From Moniliella sp. 'wahieum' (lineage: Eukaryota), in assembly GCA_003971905.1 (NCBI GenBank), contig RSEE01000016.1:186001-250000 (forward strand): DNA of 64,000 nucleotides, written 5' to 3'. This document shows positions 36,991-50,315 of this stretch, piece by piece. How positions within the stretch are numbered: the first letter of the stretch is position 1; each line of letters starts with the position of its first letter. The notes beneath the pieces were generated by a model that did not search any database, was not told the origin of the DNA, and was given only the letters and a program-made list of their open reading frames with translations. The translations under genes were made by a program, and so were the position numbers.

Positions 36991-38134
36991 GCAGGGGAGG
37001 GAGGGAAGGCGCGGAGCAGGAGCATAGGAGGGAAGTACTGCAAAGCGCCAACGGATGAATGTGCCGGTTTCAATGGTGACGGATGTGGGTCGCGGGCAGA
37101 TGTGATGGAAATACGGAGGGAAAACATAGGCGGCAACTAGCAGCGCCACCGCCACCCCTGTGCCTCTCTTGTGGCGAATATGAGGACATAGGATGGGGCT
37201 GGACTTCGACGCAATAACTGACGCGTGTGTGGGCCCAGGGCGACGTAGATCTAGCATTGCGCTCTCTTTTGTGGGTTGTGGGTGTTTTTGCCTCGAGGGA
37301 TCATTAAATCCGCGCCGACGCTCCACTACAGCGGCACCCACCGTCTGTTCGGGCCGTTGTACCCCTTTGCCTGTTGGCGTGGCAGTCCAAAACGTCAGCG
37401 TTACGTGCGTCATCTATAGTGGAGAGGAATGAGACGATTTGAAGCACAGCGCGGCTATGTTCCCACAACCCATGATCATGCATCATGTCTTACTGAAACC
37501 TTCTTTCAATGGATTGCGCGCGTTTTGCCATATGCCCATGACAGTTTACCAGCCCCGGCCCTCCCCCAATCCATTCTCGCCTTGTCTTTGCCTCGGGCAG
37601 AGATGTGAAGCATATGTGACGGAGTATCTCATGTATATCGCGCTGCTCCTGCCCCTGGACCCACCATAGCTTAGCTTGCTGCTTCGTTAGCCAACAGTGA
37701 GATCCCCGTGACCCACGTTTGATACAGAGAGCTGTAGCAGACCACTGTTGTCGGTGTGGCAATTGCATGAAGTGCGACTGTGGATGCCTGTATTGTTCTC
37801 TAGTTCCTTAGGTGACGGTTCCTTTTCGCACTAAGAGATTCTCATGGAGTGGAGGCCAGGCCTTGGGGTAAAGAGTATGTGAGTCGCGTGCCTCATGTCT
37901 CGCTTGAAGCTTGGAGTTGACCCGTGCACAGTGACCGTGCGTGAGATTGCGATGCCTGCGGTTCCAAGGTATGCTTGTGTACTGCAATGGGCACGCGGGG
38001 CCTTGCCCGTGTGCCTGAGATATTCCATATCCGGTATATAAATCCCTGCAGTATTGGAGGTGCTAGGGTCCGATATCCTCATCCCCCGGCGTTCGTTTCC
38101 CCTCTCACTTGGCCTCTCATCCGAGTATACCACC

Positions 38135-41100
38135 ATGGGTTCGTCCAACAAGGAAGCAATGTTTGCCTCGGATGACGTTGAGGCCGGCGATCTCCCACCT
38201 CTCCCATCCCTCGCACACGGTCTGGATACTACCAACTCTGTCTCTCTGGCGTTCGCACAAGGCGCGCGCGACCATGCTGCTGGCATTGTCCGCCCTGAGT
38301 CATTCAGCCCCAACCCACTGCGTCGCACGCGGCACACCGATATGGGCGCTCGCACTTCAACTATCCAGTCTGTTCGCTCTGCTCAAACCCGGGATGGTGC
38401 TCTCATCCCAGCCGAGTTCCGTACAATGTCAATCCAAGTCGGCGAAATCCGCACCCAAGAACGCATCCAGGCCAATGCCAAACACTCCACCACGGCCGAT
38501 CTGGCGGGCAAGCTGGGGATGAATAAGCTGCGTCCCAAAAAGGCGACCTCTAAACCCCCTGCTCCCGATGCCGATTACTTTTCTCAGCTTTCGTACCACG
38601 TCACTCCCGCAGTCAAGGTTGCTTCCGAGTTGGCGGTTGCCCCAGAGACTGGTCTAACCGCTGACGAGGCTCAGGCGCGTCTGAATCGCGATGGTCCGAA
38701 CGCATTCAAAGCGAAGAAGCCTAACTACGTTTTGAAACTGCTTTCCTGGTTCTTTGGGGGATTGGGTTTATCCTCTCTCTTGCGGTAATTCTCTATGGCA
38801 TCAGCTACAAGCCCTTGGGTAACCCGGACCCTGCGCCATACAACCTTGCCCTCGCCATTCTCGTCCTTATTGTCATCTTTCTCCAGGGTCTTTCAATGCT
38901 GCCCAAGACTGGTCCACGACCCGCGTCATGAACTCATCATGGGCCTGCTCCCTTCCGATGCTGTGGTTCTACGTGACGGCCAGAAAATTACTGTACCCGC
39001 ATCCAATTTGGTAAAGGGTGACCTGGTGATGCTTCGCCAAGGAGACCGTGTGCCTGCCGACATGCGTCTGTTATCTGCTTCCAACGACCTGGCTTTCGAC
39101 CGTGCCGTTCTGACTGGAGAGTCGGAGGAAGTGCCCGCCGAGCTCGTGTCGGATGAAGAGAACTTTCTCGAATCCAAAGCGATCGCTTTCCTTGGGTCAT
39201 ATGTTACCTCTGGTTCGGGCGGGGAATTGTTGTCCTTACTGGGTCGGAGACGGTGATGGGACGGATCAACAAACTTACCAACACGGGCAAGGAGAAGACG
39301 ACCAACTTACAAAAGGAGGTGAATCGCTTCATCTGCATCATTGTTACTCTCACCGTGACTCTCATCGTGGCTATGCTGATTTTCTGGCTGTGCTACCTTC
39401 GCAAGCATCATAAGGGATTCCTTAACACTTCGGGGATCGTGACTAATTTGATGGTACGTTTCCCTCCCTCTTTGGTGAAGTATTGGAACGAAAAATTGAC
39501 CGGATTTCTATTAGTCGATTGTGGTTGCTTTCATTCCCGAGGGTGTGCCAATGGCTGTGACTCTCACACTCTCGCTCGTTGCCAGGCGGATGAGAGACGC
39601 GGATGTGCTTCCCAAGTCTGGCCACTGTCGAGACACTGGGCACGGTCAATGTTCTCTTATCGGACAAAACGGGCACCTTGACCGCCAACAAGATGACGGT
39701 CAACACTGTCTATGTTGATGGCGAAATCAAGGACGCGGGCGAGGCACTTCGTCAGGCCCAGCCGACGTACCAGACGTTTGAACGGGCTCTTGCGCTGTGT
39801 AACGATGCTTCTTTGAGGTGCCACGTGCTGAATCGGCTTCGGAGTCGATCGATTCCACCAGGACAAGTTGGAGAAGGATACGATGGAGACGGGTGGTCAA
39901 CGAAGGTCGAGGCGTAGCTAAGGGTAACGCAACCGATGTGGCCGTTCTCAACTACGTCGCTTCCAGTCCCGAGTATGAACCGACCATGGCCGGGTACGAG
40001 GGGTGTTTGTCCTTCCTTTCAACTCGACCAATAAGTTCATGATGACGGCTTGTGTACAGCATGGCGCTAATCGGACACGCACTGTTCTCTTCAAGGGTGC
40101 TCCGATATTCTCTTGCCCAAGTGTTCTATGCCGGATGAAGTGCGCCAAGCGGTAGTGGCAGCGCAGGAGCGCATGTCTGCCCAAGGCCAGCGCGTTATTC
40201 TAATTGCTTCTCGTCTCCCCATTGCATCAAAGAGCGATCCGACCAACTGGTGGCCCTCTGATGAAGAGACGCAGACTTTGTCCGACCTCGACTTCCTTGG
40301 ATTGGTCGGGATTGTGGATCCGCCCAAGAAGGAGATCCCGCAGACAGTGGCTGATTGCCGTCGCTCTGGCTGCGGCTTCTTCATGGTCACAGGCGACTTT
40401 ATTACGACTGCTTCTGCGATCGCAGAAATGTGCGGCATCTTTTCTTCGCGGGAGCGGGTGAGCCGAGTGGCGGATGTACCCAACGATTCGGAAGCTGAAC
40501 CTCCACTAGCGCTTGCGATCGAGGGAAGGAGATCCCCCTTATCACCCAGGAGCAGTGGGACGTGATCTGTCGCACCGAGGAAATCGTCTTTGCCCGCACC
40601 ACCCCCGAGCAGAAGCTGGCCATCCTCTCCGAATTCCAAAACAGGAAGTATGTGTGCGCCATGACTGGTGATGGCACCAACGATTCACCGGCGCTCCGAG
40701 CTGCGGATGTGGGCATCGCTATGGTGTCAGGTTCGGATGTGGCTTTGGCAGCGGCTGACTTGGTCTTGCTGGGCGACTTTTCTTCAATTATTGAGGGCAT
40801 GCGTCTGGGTCGCCTTGTGTTCCAGAACTTGCAAAAAGTCATCTGCTATCTCCTTCCTGCGGGATCATTCTCTGAGGATATTCCCTTGATTGCGAATGTG
40901 TCTTTGGTCTTCCGGTATGTTTTGATGATCTTTCGCTTGTGAGATGAGGTTCTGACACATTGTTTCTTAGCTGCCCTTGTCCTCGTTCCAGATGATTATT
41001 ATCTGTCTCCTCACCGACCTTGCCTGCTCTCTCTGCATGATCTTTGAAAAGGAGGAATTCGACCTGCTGTCCCTCCCGCCCCGCAAACAGAGTGAGCATT

Positions 41101-41633
41101 TGGTCAATCTACAACTATATGGCCAAGCGTACGGGTTTGTGGGGATGATGGAGATGCTGTGTGCGATGAGCATGTTCTTCCTCTACTTGAAGCAAGAGGG
41201 CAACTTTAACATTGGAGACTTGTTCTTGGCGTATGAAAAGTGGGGCGAGGGCTTTCACGGCTATTCGGCCGACAAGATCAATAGGTTCCTCAACACGGGA
41301 CAAAGTATCTACTTTGTCACGCTCGTCATTATGCAAATCGGAAATCTGCTTACCGTTCGCTCCAAGCGCATGTCTCTTCTACAGTCCGACCCGCTCTTTA
41401 ACAAGAAGCGGCGCAACCTTTCCATTCTGGTTGGGCCCACCGTGTCGATTGCGATTGCGATTCTCATCACGGAGGTGCACTGGTTCAACCATCTGTTTGG
41501 TACGGCTCATGTACCGATCCGCTTCTGGTTCATCCCTGTGCCCTTGGCATTGGGTGTGCTGTTGATGGACGAGTGCCGCAAAATCGTGATTCGCACCTGG
41601 CCCCACAGCTTGGTGGCCAAGCTGGCTTGGTAA
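38135..41633 (+). CDS. Type IIC (Na+,K+-ATPase-like) fungal P-type ATPase, ACU-like K+/Na+ uptake pump; frameshifted; introns ~39454-39514 and ~40914-40970
   Basis: VAFIPEG, VETLGTVNVLLSDKTGTLT, FNSTNK, KGAPDILL, DPPK, MVTGD, FARTTPEQKL, MTGDGTNDSPALRAADVGIAM, LPAGSFSE, ends KLAW*. Confidence 0.92.
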
Positions 41634-42935
41634 ACCCAGAGCATGTTCGCTCTAGACTGGGAAACCGACTAAGCCGGCCGATACCTTGGGGGTTTCTGAA
41701 TATATAACCTCACTGCTTTTTTCTCAATATGCTATGAGAAGCATCTCTTCCACTATAACATTCCCGGCATCGACAGAGTGCACCTGCTTTTATCTACTGT
41801 CATCTCAATTTCAATTGTGATGGTCCGCTTTCGAGCGCTGAATTGACGTTTCTTTACGCACGATGAAAAAGTGTCCCGCTTCCCTGTTACGACCATTAAA
41901 TGCGACTTGCCTGATGATTCTTTCGAGGTGTCTGTTGAGAGAGAGAAATGGATGTAAGGGCAGTGCGCACGCATATCAGTGTACTGTGTAGGCGCAAGAA
42001 CTAATATGTATCATCTTCGGGGACAAGACTGTGGACGATAGTAGATTTTGCCTTCTCTCTTTTCCTCTCGCGCTCTTCGACGTCCTGCGCGTGTCACACA
42101 GTGGCACTTCACATGTTGGCAGAAGACGAGGAGTGGAACAGTCGGGGTGACAGATGAGGGAAACAACGGCCTTTTTAGTATACACGGGAGGCAGAATTGG
42201 AAATTGGAGTAAGCTTAGTCAATCGGCGACAAGGAGACACATGACTATAGGAATAAAACGACAGGGTGGGCCATTGCAAGATTATGAAGAGGATGGTAGC
42301 AGTTTCGCTTGGAAAGACCCTTTGATTTCATCCCAATCAAAGGCTGTGATTGGGACGGTTTGTATACTGCATCCATGTCATTGACAGAGCAAGGCTGGGA
42401 CAGGGAAACGCTGGCAATAGAACATGTTTTCGTCGCATACCACAACCCACGTACAACGTCGGTGGTGATGTCAATGATCCAGTTGGCCATATACTTCCGC
42501 ACTCATGGCTCGCGCATTGCTTTTGACGCAAGAAATTTGATCCAATTTCCAATTCTGCGTCTCGTGCCTGTCGCTGTTGCTGGATCTCCTTCTTTTCATG
42601 GATCATGAACACCCGAACGCATCTTGTCGATGCGCACTTCTTTTTCATCACTTGGTAGGATATGCTCATGATGCATGATGGCGCACGGCGAGATGTCTGC
42701 GAGAGAAAAGCATGTGGTAGCTCGGCTTGCTTGCGTGGCTTGGTAGGCCATCGTTGTTCGGTGGGGAAGGAGATTTTGGATTGGATTGTGCGAATGAAGA
42801 TGGTGGTCCAAGGGACAGAAGGGGGGACGCGGTCACGTGGATGTGAGGATGGACGGCATCGCTTGCCATTAGCTAAGTGGCTTGCATGGACCACGGCGGC
42901 TTTGACGGCTGAAGTAAGCGGGTGCGGTAAGTTAC

Positions 42936-43058
42936 ACGTTCAACACGGTACGTACACAAACGACGACGTTTCCTCGACGTTCGGTACGTTCAACGTTACT
43001 AGCACTAGTTCTCTCTAGTCACTAGTCAAATCACTAGTCACTAGTCACTCTAGTCACT
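42936..43058. repeat. Heptamer palindrome array cluster upstream of the C2H2 TF
   Basis: acgttcaacgtt; ctagtcactagtca; tcactagtcactagtcac. Confidence 0.85.
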
Positions 43059-43555
43059 CGTGGCGTCCTGGGCTCTGGGGGCAGCACACGGCGGACGGGG
43101 CATGGAGTGCTCCCGTGCGCGAGTTCGGGGACTGGGATCTGGGAAGTGGCGTCGTGGGGGGCCGGCACGGGGAGGCGCTGATGGCGATCTCAACCGGACG
43201 CATCTGAGACGGAGCGCCAGGGATGCATGCTCGCTACTGGCCGCCTGAGCGCCTGGGCGCCTGAGCGCTTGCCCGCACAGCTTGGCTGCTCGCCTCGGAC
43301 GCTGCGGCGTGCCGCAGACTGCCCCGGGCTGCCGTCTGCTGCGGTGCCGATTGCAGCCGTCAATCCGTCCCGACCCGGCCCAGCGCAGCGCACCACTGGC
43401 GCACCGAGTGCACCCCCAGCACTGCACGGCACTGCACTGCGCCGCGGCGGCCGCCGCAGCCACTCGCCCGCCAGCGCTTTTCGCTGGCGTCAGTTGCTGT
43501 GCCCGACGGCTTCCACCACCTCGGCTCTCTCGGGCCTCTTCTTCTTCCAGGCTCC

Positions 43556-46500
43556 ATGGCTGCCCCTCCCGCCGCCGCTGACCCCCCCCCCCTGGGACTC
43601 TCCCGCCGACTCCGGCTTCGACTTCTCGCCCCGCTCCAGGCGCTGGACGAGCCGCCGCTGCCCAGCAGCGCTAGTGCCGCTGGCAGTGTGTCCGAATCCG
43701 GCGCGTCCACCACCGATGCCGGCGAATCGACGGACGATGGTGAAGCCCTCTCCCGCCCCAGCGACGGCGCCAGCCCAGAGCCCGCCATGGGTGGCTTTGC
43801 CTGCCCCACCTGTGGCCACCGCTTTCGGCGCAAGAACGGGCTCAGCCGCCACATGCGCTCCCACACGGGCGAGAAACCCTTCGCATGCACGCTCTGCAAG
43901 TTCCGCTCCACCCGCACCGACAGTCTCCAGCGGCATATGAAGCTCCATGCCCATCCCGACCTCCCCGCCTCACAGCACCCGGCCTGGATGCCGGCGGCGT
44001 ACCCCGTCGAGCCGCCGCACGGGTTCGACGTCCCCCATTCGACCCGCTACGGCTACAGCACCCACCCCTATGCCACGGGGCGCGACATCCGTGCCGCGCC
44101 CGGTTACACCTCTACCCGATCCTACCCGCCTCGCATCTTGCCCCGCAGGCGTATGACGATTATGCGTCGCCCCCGCTGGGCTATCCGCCTATGGAGACTG
44201 TCGCCCCCGGCCTGCCTGCACCCCTGACATCCACGCCCATCGACCCGAGCAACACCATGTCCTCCATCCTCCGGCCTTCGCCGGGGACACATGCCCATCC
44301 CAATGCCTCCTCCTCCTTCTCCGGCAGTTCCACCAGTCTGCACAGCTCTGCCAGCTTGCACACGCCATCCCACGGAGACCTCTCTTCCACTCCAGCAGCC
44401 ACGTGGACAAGCCCCGTGCCGTCGGTGTCTCAGCAACCTTCGCCCTCGCCCTTACTCAACCAGTCCTCTTACCCCTTTGAAGGAAGCAGTCTGCTCAATC
44501 GCACCCTCGCACCAAGCACTCCCAGCCCCCCCCGCCGCACCACCGTGCTGTTTGGCACGCCCAACAGCAGGATAAGGGCACTAGTCCGCTCATTATCCCT
44601 CCGCCTGCTTCCAGTTCTTTCTCTGCCGCTGGCGTTGTGCCGGGCGTGCCACAGATCCAAGTTACCGAAGGATTCCCCACCTCACCCGACTTCGACTTTG
44701 CCGTCTGTTCGGCGCGACCCTTGCGGACGAGTCGGCGCTTGGGTTTGATGCATACATTGCTCAAGCCGCCAGTCTTTTTTCGCCAATCAAGCCGGCCAGT
44801 ATGGAGGACCAGCAGCAGGGATCACTAAATGCTCTACTTGGGGATCTGGGAAGCGACGTACTGGACTCAGGATTTGCCTCCCACTTGACCTTGCCTCCCG
44901 ACTCGGCCGATGCACCTGCGCCAGCGGCCATCCCTGCCTCCAATCGACACCTGTCCCAATTTGTGCTCAACTTTAACAGACACATGCCCTTTATTCATGT
45001 GCCCACCATCCCACAACTCTTTAGTGACATTCTCGACATCAGGGCAAAGTCAAGCTTTCGGTTGAAGCCAAGCAGATAGACTGCCTCAAGCCGTGTACCG
45101 AGGACGTATTGCGCGCAATGGCCATCGTTGGCGCTTCGTACGATGGCATGGCCCCATCGGGGGGGAGTTTCGTGCCCATCCCGTCATCGCTGGAGGGGAT
45201 GGAGATGGATGCAACGCCGCTTTGGTCGACTGGTACGGCGCAAACGAGCTCAAGAACAAGCTTGGCCGACTTCGCCGCAGACAACCCTCCTTCTACTGTG
45301 AGAGCGACGTTTGCGCCTGCTGGTGGGGCCGACTCGCTCTTTAAGGACTTTTTGGAAGAACCTCCACTGCTCCGTCGCGCAGGCCTTGATGCTACTCCAG
45401 TTTGTCAGCCTTTTCAGCCAATCGCGTGCACACCAGAACCATGCTCGTTTGCTGCACGGCGCGCTGATTACTATTGGTCGCGAACTGCTGACAGAGACTG
45501 TGCAGCGCCAAATATTGGAACGGAAATTGACCGAACAAGCCCAATTGAGTGAGTATGAAAAATGGCGGCAGTGGTCGCGACGAATGGAACGCAAACGTAC
45601 TATTTGGGCGATCGCCGTGTGCGATCAACTGCAATCGGTCCTCTTCCGCCTTCCTCCCTTTCTTCAGGCGAACGAGTTGGATTCGGTCGATATCTCTGAC
45701 TTGGGCAGCACCGAGATGTGGGAAGCGCCTTCGGCCGAAGCATGGGCTGCTCTGCCTGCCCCCACTCCCCCAGTTGGCAAAGCGTCGGTTCAATCGGTAT
45801 TGACCATGTTGCTGGACCTACGGCTGAGACGGCGCCCATGGCCCAGCTGGGCCCTGCGGCTACTTTGTCACGGCGCTTTGCTTAATGAGCCAAACGACCG
45901 AGACGATGCGCCAGGACACAGAGACCCGGAAACGGCTCCGGCAGTCGGCCGGCTTAGGCCCCGACCCGCCTGGTGCGTCGGAGGCGGTGCGGCTGCAGAA
46001 CGCTCGCACCGCCTTGGAGGCTCTCGGGGCAGGGGAAAAGTCTGCTCTGATTAAGGAGGCAAAGGAGGCCGATCGGGTTCTGTCCCATACCGTGGGCCAG
46101 ATCGAAACGGGTTTGGCACGGTGGCGGGAACATGCGCGGGTCCCCGTTCCCGCCCCAGGCGATGGCACTGCGCCCTGGCCCGAGGAAAGTGTGTCGATCT
46201 CCTGTGCGACGGTTCATCTTATGGCCCAACTCAGGGCCGGTGCCAATCTGAGGACAGCTGGGCCGAGGCATCCGAACCTTCGTTGGTTCGCTTGTTGGCT
46301 GTGGTGCCTCAGAGCCGGTCTAACGCCGACGAGACGGAACTCTGTTGGTTCAGGTTAGGAGAGCCCTCCGATCCCCTGCCGCTGCCGCGCTGGTCCTGCT
46401 TGGTGTGGGTGTGCCCCTCCGCCATGCACATGCCCCCACCCTCCCCCCAGCCTACCGGAGCCCAATGTTGATCCCACCTCGTTCCGCGGCTTCTTCCCCC

Positions 46501-46750
46501 GGTTACAGTAACTACACACCTGATTGTGGCGTCGTTTCCTCGTTTGGTTCCACAACCACCCTTTTGTTTTGTCCCACTATTAATTCCAATGGCATTGCTC
46601 TTGTTTAGTCGTGCGCGTACTCAAGCGGTACTGGAGCCGCTTCGGCAGCCGAAGGATAACCGAGCTGGAGCAGGTGGTGGGACTGCTGCACAGGGGCGGT
46701 GAGGCCACAATGCCCTCGAACAGCGGATGGCAGAGAGCCTACAACATAGT
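43556..46750 (+). CDS. Two-finger C2H2 zinc-finger transcription factor with fungal-specific TF (middle homology) domain; frameshifted; ends approximate
   Basis: FACPTCGHRFRRKNGLSRHMRSHTGEKPFACTLCKFRSTRTDSLQRHMKLH; later FNRHMPFIHVPT, AMAIVGASY, QALMLLQ, WSRRMERKRTIWAI. Confidence 0.88.
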
Positions 46751-47360
46751 AGGCGGAACGATGCCGATTGCACCAGGGCTTTGCAAAAAAAAGTGCATCT
46801 AGTCAAACGAGAGAGAGCGGTTTTTGCTGACCTGAACTTCCTAGCACTCCTACATACTCTCTTGCTCTGGTGTACTCAGGGTACATCGGAGCTTCGCGTA
46901 CTTGCCGTTCTCGACTTGTATACCCACAGCAGATCGCCACCCCATATGAAACTGACAGACCACAAGAGAATCGTTCAGAAGATGGGGCTAAACATCTCAA
47001 TTCGACATATTAGTGCTGCATACACCAGAAGGGGTTTGCGTCCTCTTGACCTTGAGCGCCTGGAAGAGCTTGCAGCTTAACGGCGTCTCCGGCTAATGAA
47101 CCTTGGTTGAAAGAGACGTACCAGCCGAGTTGCCCCGGCTATCCCCAAAAAAACGAGATGCAATTGCTGGCGAGGCACACGGTAACCCTACTTCAAACCC
47201 TAGTCTAACTTCTCGCATGTCGCATGTCACACGTCACAGGCCTCAGGGCCACAGGCCACAGGCCACCGGTTTCCCCCAGGCAAGGGAATTTTAAACCTGC
47301 GTCGCGGAAGACATGCATCAACTGCATCAACCAATTGGCGTCCATGAACAGACCACCGCC

Positions 47361-49327
47361 ATGGTCGCTGACAAAACAGATGCACTCACCCAAGCACTTG
47401 TGTGTATTGCCTTGCAACGTATTGGATTGGGCTAACCACAGGTGTACCCCCCCCCCCCCCCCCAAGAACGATTTTGAGGAGAGTATCCGCTCCGTCCTGC
47501 GTGAGGCGGCGCGGGTCTCCCCGCTGTCTCAGGCAATGCCCACTGTTGCCACTCGCGTGGTGACCTCGTCGCTGGCCAAGAGCGAGCTGCTGCCTATGCC
47601 AGCAAACCTGCATGCTCGTCTTCGCTTTGGTATGGATGCGTGGGATACATTCTTACTCAACGCATATCCGCTTTTGGCCCTGGACCGTCTCCAGCCTGGG
47701 GTGATCTGCTGAAAGCGCACCTTACCCTCTGTAGTGAGTTGTTCCCTACTTCTCCCACTCCCGACAAGGATGAACGAGAGGACCGAATCCGGTCTATTTT
47801 GGGTGGCACGCCCATGCAACGTACCGTTTCCCGTGGTGTGGACTCCATTCTTCGGCTTCTTCGCCCCAACGATCCAGATTTCTGTGCAGCATCTGGATCC
47901 GATCTTGCCCCTTCTTCTGCGCAGGGGAAGGCTTCGTCAACCATTTCACCGACTTCAACTCTGTATCCTGATATTACTCGGCCATCAGGTCGTTCATCTC
48001 ATCCTCCGGTGAAGACGGGGCACGCCCACCTGGAGAATGCGGAGAAAGAAAAGCGTTGCCGAACTCCGCACGACTCTGACTCCCACTCCAAAGAGAAGCG
48101 CAAGCGGCCTCTTCCCCCAGAAGACGGGCGAAATTCCTACCAGTTTGATGAGGAAATGATCAACGGGCGCCCCATCAACGGGGACAGGGGGTTCAACCCA
48201 AGCGATTGAGGTGGGAATCGTCTGCATCTCGCATTACTCGCGCGATGCCCGCTCAGCTGAAATTGTTGCGTTAAGTGATTTCGTGGAGAAGTGCATGGTA
48301 GGTGGCCGCTGTTGTCACTTTCCAGGACATGTGAGCTGACTTCATCCAGACTGAAACAGTGGATCGCCTACAGAGCTTTTTATTGGCACTTGCCAAGAAA
48401 AGGGAGGTCACGGCCCCAACCGAGAACATTGACGTACAAACTCCGATCTTGCGCTTTTTGTGTTTCAATCTCGTGAAGTGTGAACTGCTCCCTTCATCGG
48501 ACTCATGCAATAGCTCCTTGAATGCTTCGCATCGTAAGGAACACGAAACAACGTGGTCAAATCGTGTTCTCCTTGCCTACCCACTGTTGCACGCTGCCGC
48601 TTTTGCGCCGCACCAGCCGTTAATGACCGTGCACATGATGAGCCGAGCAAGGTTCGAATCCCCCCGGCGTTCCCGTTTGATTGATTGGGTTCAAGAACCT
48701 ATCGGGGCCGAAATTTGGACTACGTGTCAAGACTCGCTTTCCCACTTTATCAATGACAGCCGGAGGAAGAGCAATGTCAAGGTACCCGCACCATCCACCA
48801 TTCTTGGACGTGGTGCTCTCTTGGTAGTATGTTCCTCTCTGCTTATTGGTACTGTGAACAGCACACTAACATTTTCTAGCGCACGTGGTCCAACGCTTTG
48901 CAAACCCGAATCCAGGCTTTGCTCGACGAAGATCCATCCATCAGCCCGCTTCCGATATCCTGGCTCGTGTCCCAGCTTCTTTCAGAAGGTATGCAGAATG
49001 TCTTTACTCCCCAGCGCCCACCGACTGTTGCCATACATGGGCCACGTGGCCATGACCCTCCCTACTGCTGAGAACCATCGCAAGTGGCCTGAGCATCTCC
49101 TTCGCATTTTTCCTTTACTCTCTCTCAACCTACTACGGCCGTGGAAATTGACGCTGCGCACAGCCGTATGTGCGGCGGTCACTCACCAAATACCTCCTGC
49201 TCCTATGCAGCTGAAACACGACGACGACATTGTTCGTGTTACCGATGGCACCCTCAACCGTCTTGCATCTCTCATCGATGAATGGCTGGACGAGGTGCTA
49301 CCGACCATGCCAAGCATTTACGTGTGA
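47361..49327 (+). CDS. Hypothetical protein, paralog A of an unrecognised two-member family; frameshifted
   Basis: Exon1 MVADKTDALTQAL, intron 47400-47441 (GTGTGT..GCTAAC..CAG); homologous along its length to 56013-57966. Confidence 0.6.
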
Positions 49328-50022
49328 CTATGGTCACACCAGAAGTTATGGCACGTACTAATTAACTCTTCTAGTGCACCCCACTTCGATAAGGGAGCGT
49401 TGCTACTTTCTCCTCTCCTTTTGCGCTGGACAGATTTCTGGTTTTGCTTCTACAGTATTTTTGGTCGAATCAGCTTGACGCGAAAAAAAGAAAGCTTCCG
49501 ATTCCTAAACCTGCTTCTCCTTTATACCCCGAAATGGTTGTGAGCAAAAACGCGAAACAAACGGCCATCATGCCTCAGTAGAGCAACTGTCACGGCTAAC
49601 GAAGAAGGATTGCCCATCTCGCATCTGCGCCTGGTGATCCCACGAGTCCCGTGGAGTGTTAGGGAGATTGACCTCTTTAACCATTGAATGTGGAACAACT
49701 TCAACCTTGAGGCGTTCAGGGTAACCAGGGGCAACTGACGCTGAAGTTTGAAGGGAGCTCTGAGGGTGCTGTGCCGTGGAACAGGGCACTCTCCGATAAG
49801 CCGTCTAAAGGAGAGGTGACCAGTCGACGATCGGTCACACAGAGTGGGAACGAGGTTACGAGTGAAGCGAAGCGAAGAGCGGAGCGGTGTGTGGAGAAAC
49901 AGGATACAAACTGCAGAGAAGGAGGACAGGAAAGTCTAGGGTACGGCAAGACCTGTACAGCAGCTGGTGGAGTCATTCGGTCAGCATAGTCCCTGTCATG
50001 ACGAGTTGAGCGAGGCTAGGGG

Positions 50023-50165
50023 AGTCACTAGTCACTAGCCACTTCGGTACTAGTCAAATTATCGACCCCAAGCACTGGCAAACGATCGGTCAGACCGGTC
50101 ACCGGTCACCGGTCACCGCTCACCGGTCAAACTGCACAAGCTTTTGTTCGGTTCACATGTTCACA
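50023..50165. repeat. Heptamer palindrome array cluster
   Basis: gtcactagtcactag; accggtcaccggtcaccggtcacc; tcacatgt. Confidence 0.85.
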
Positions 50166-50315
50166 CTTGCCCCTGTGGGCAGGGAGGGTAGATAGAAAGC
50201 GTGAGTGTGACGCGTGACGCTGAAGCTGCAAGTAGGCTTGCCGTGCTACCCCCCTATGGCTGGGCACCCACATTCGCCCTCTGGAAAGCATTGGACAGGA
50301 ATATCGAAGGCCAGT

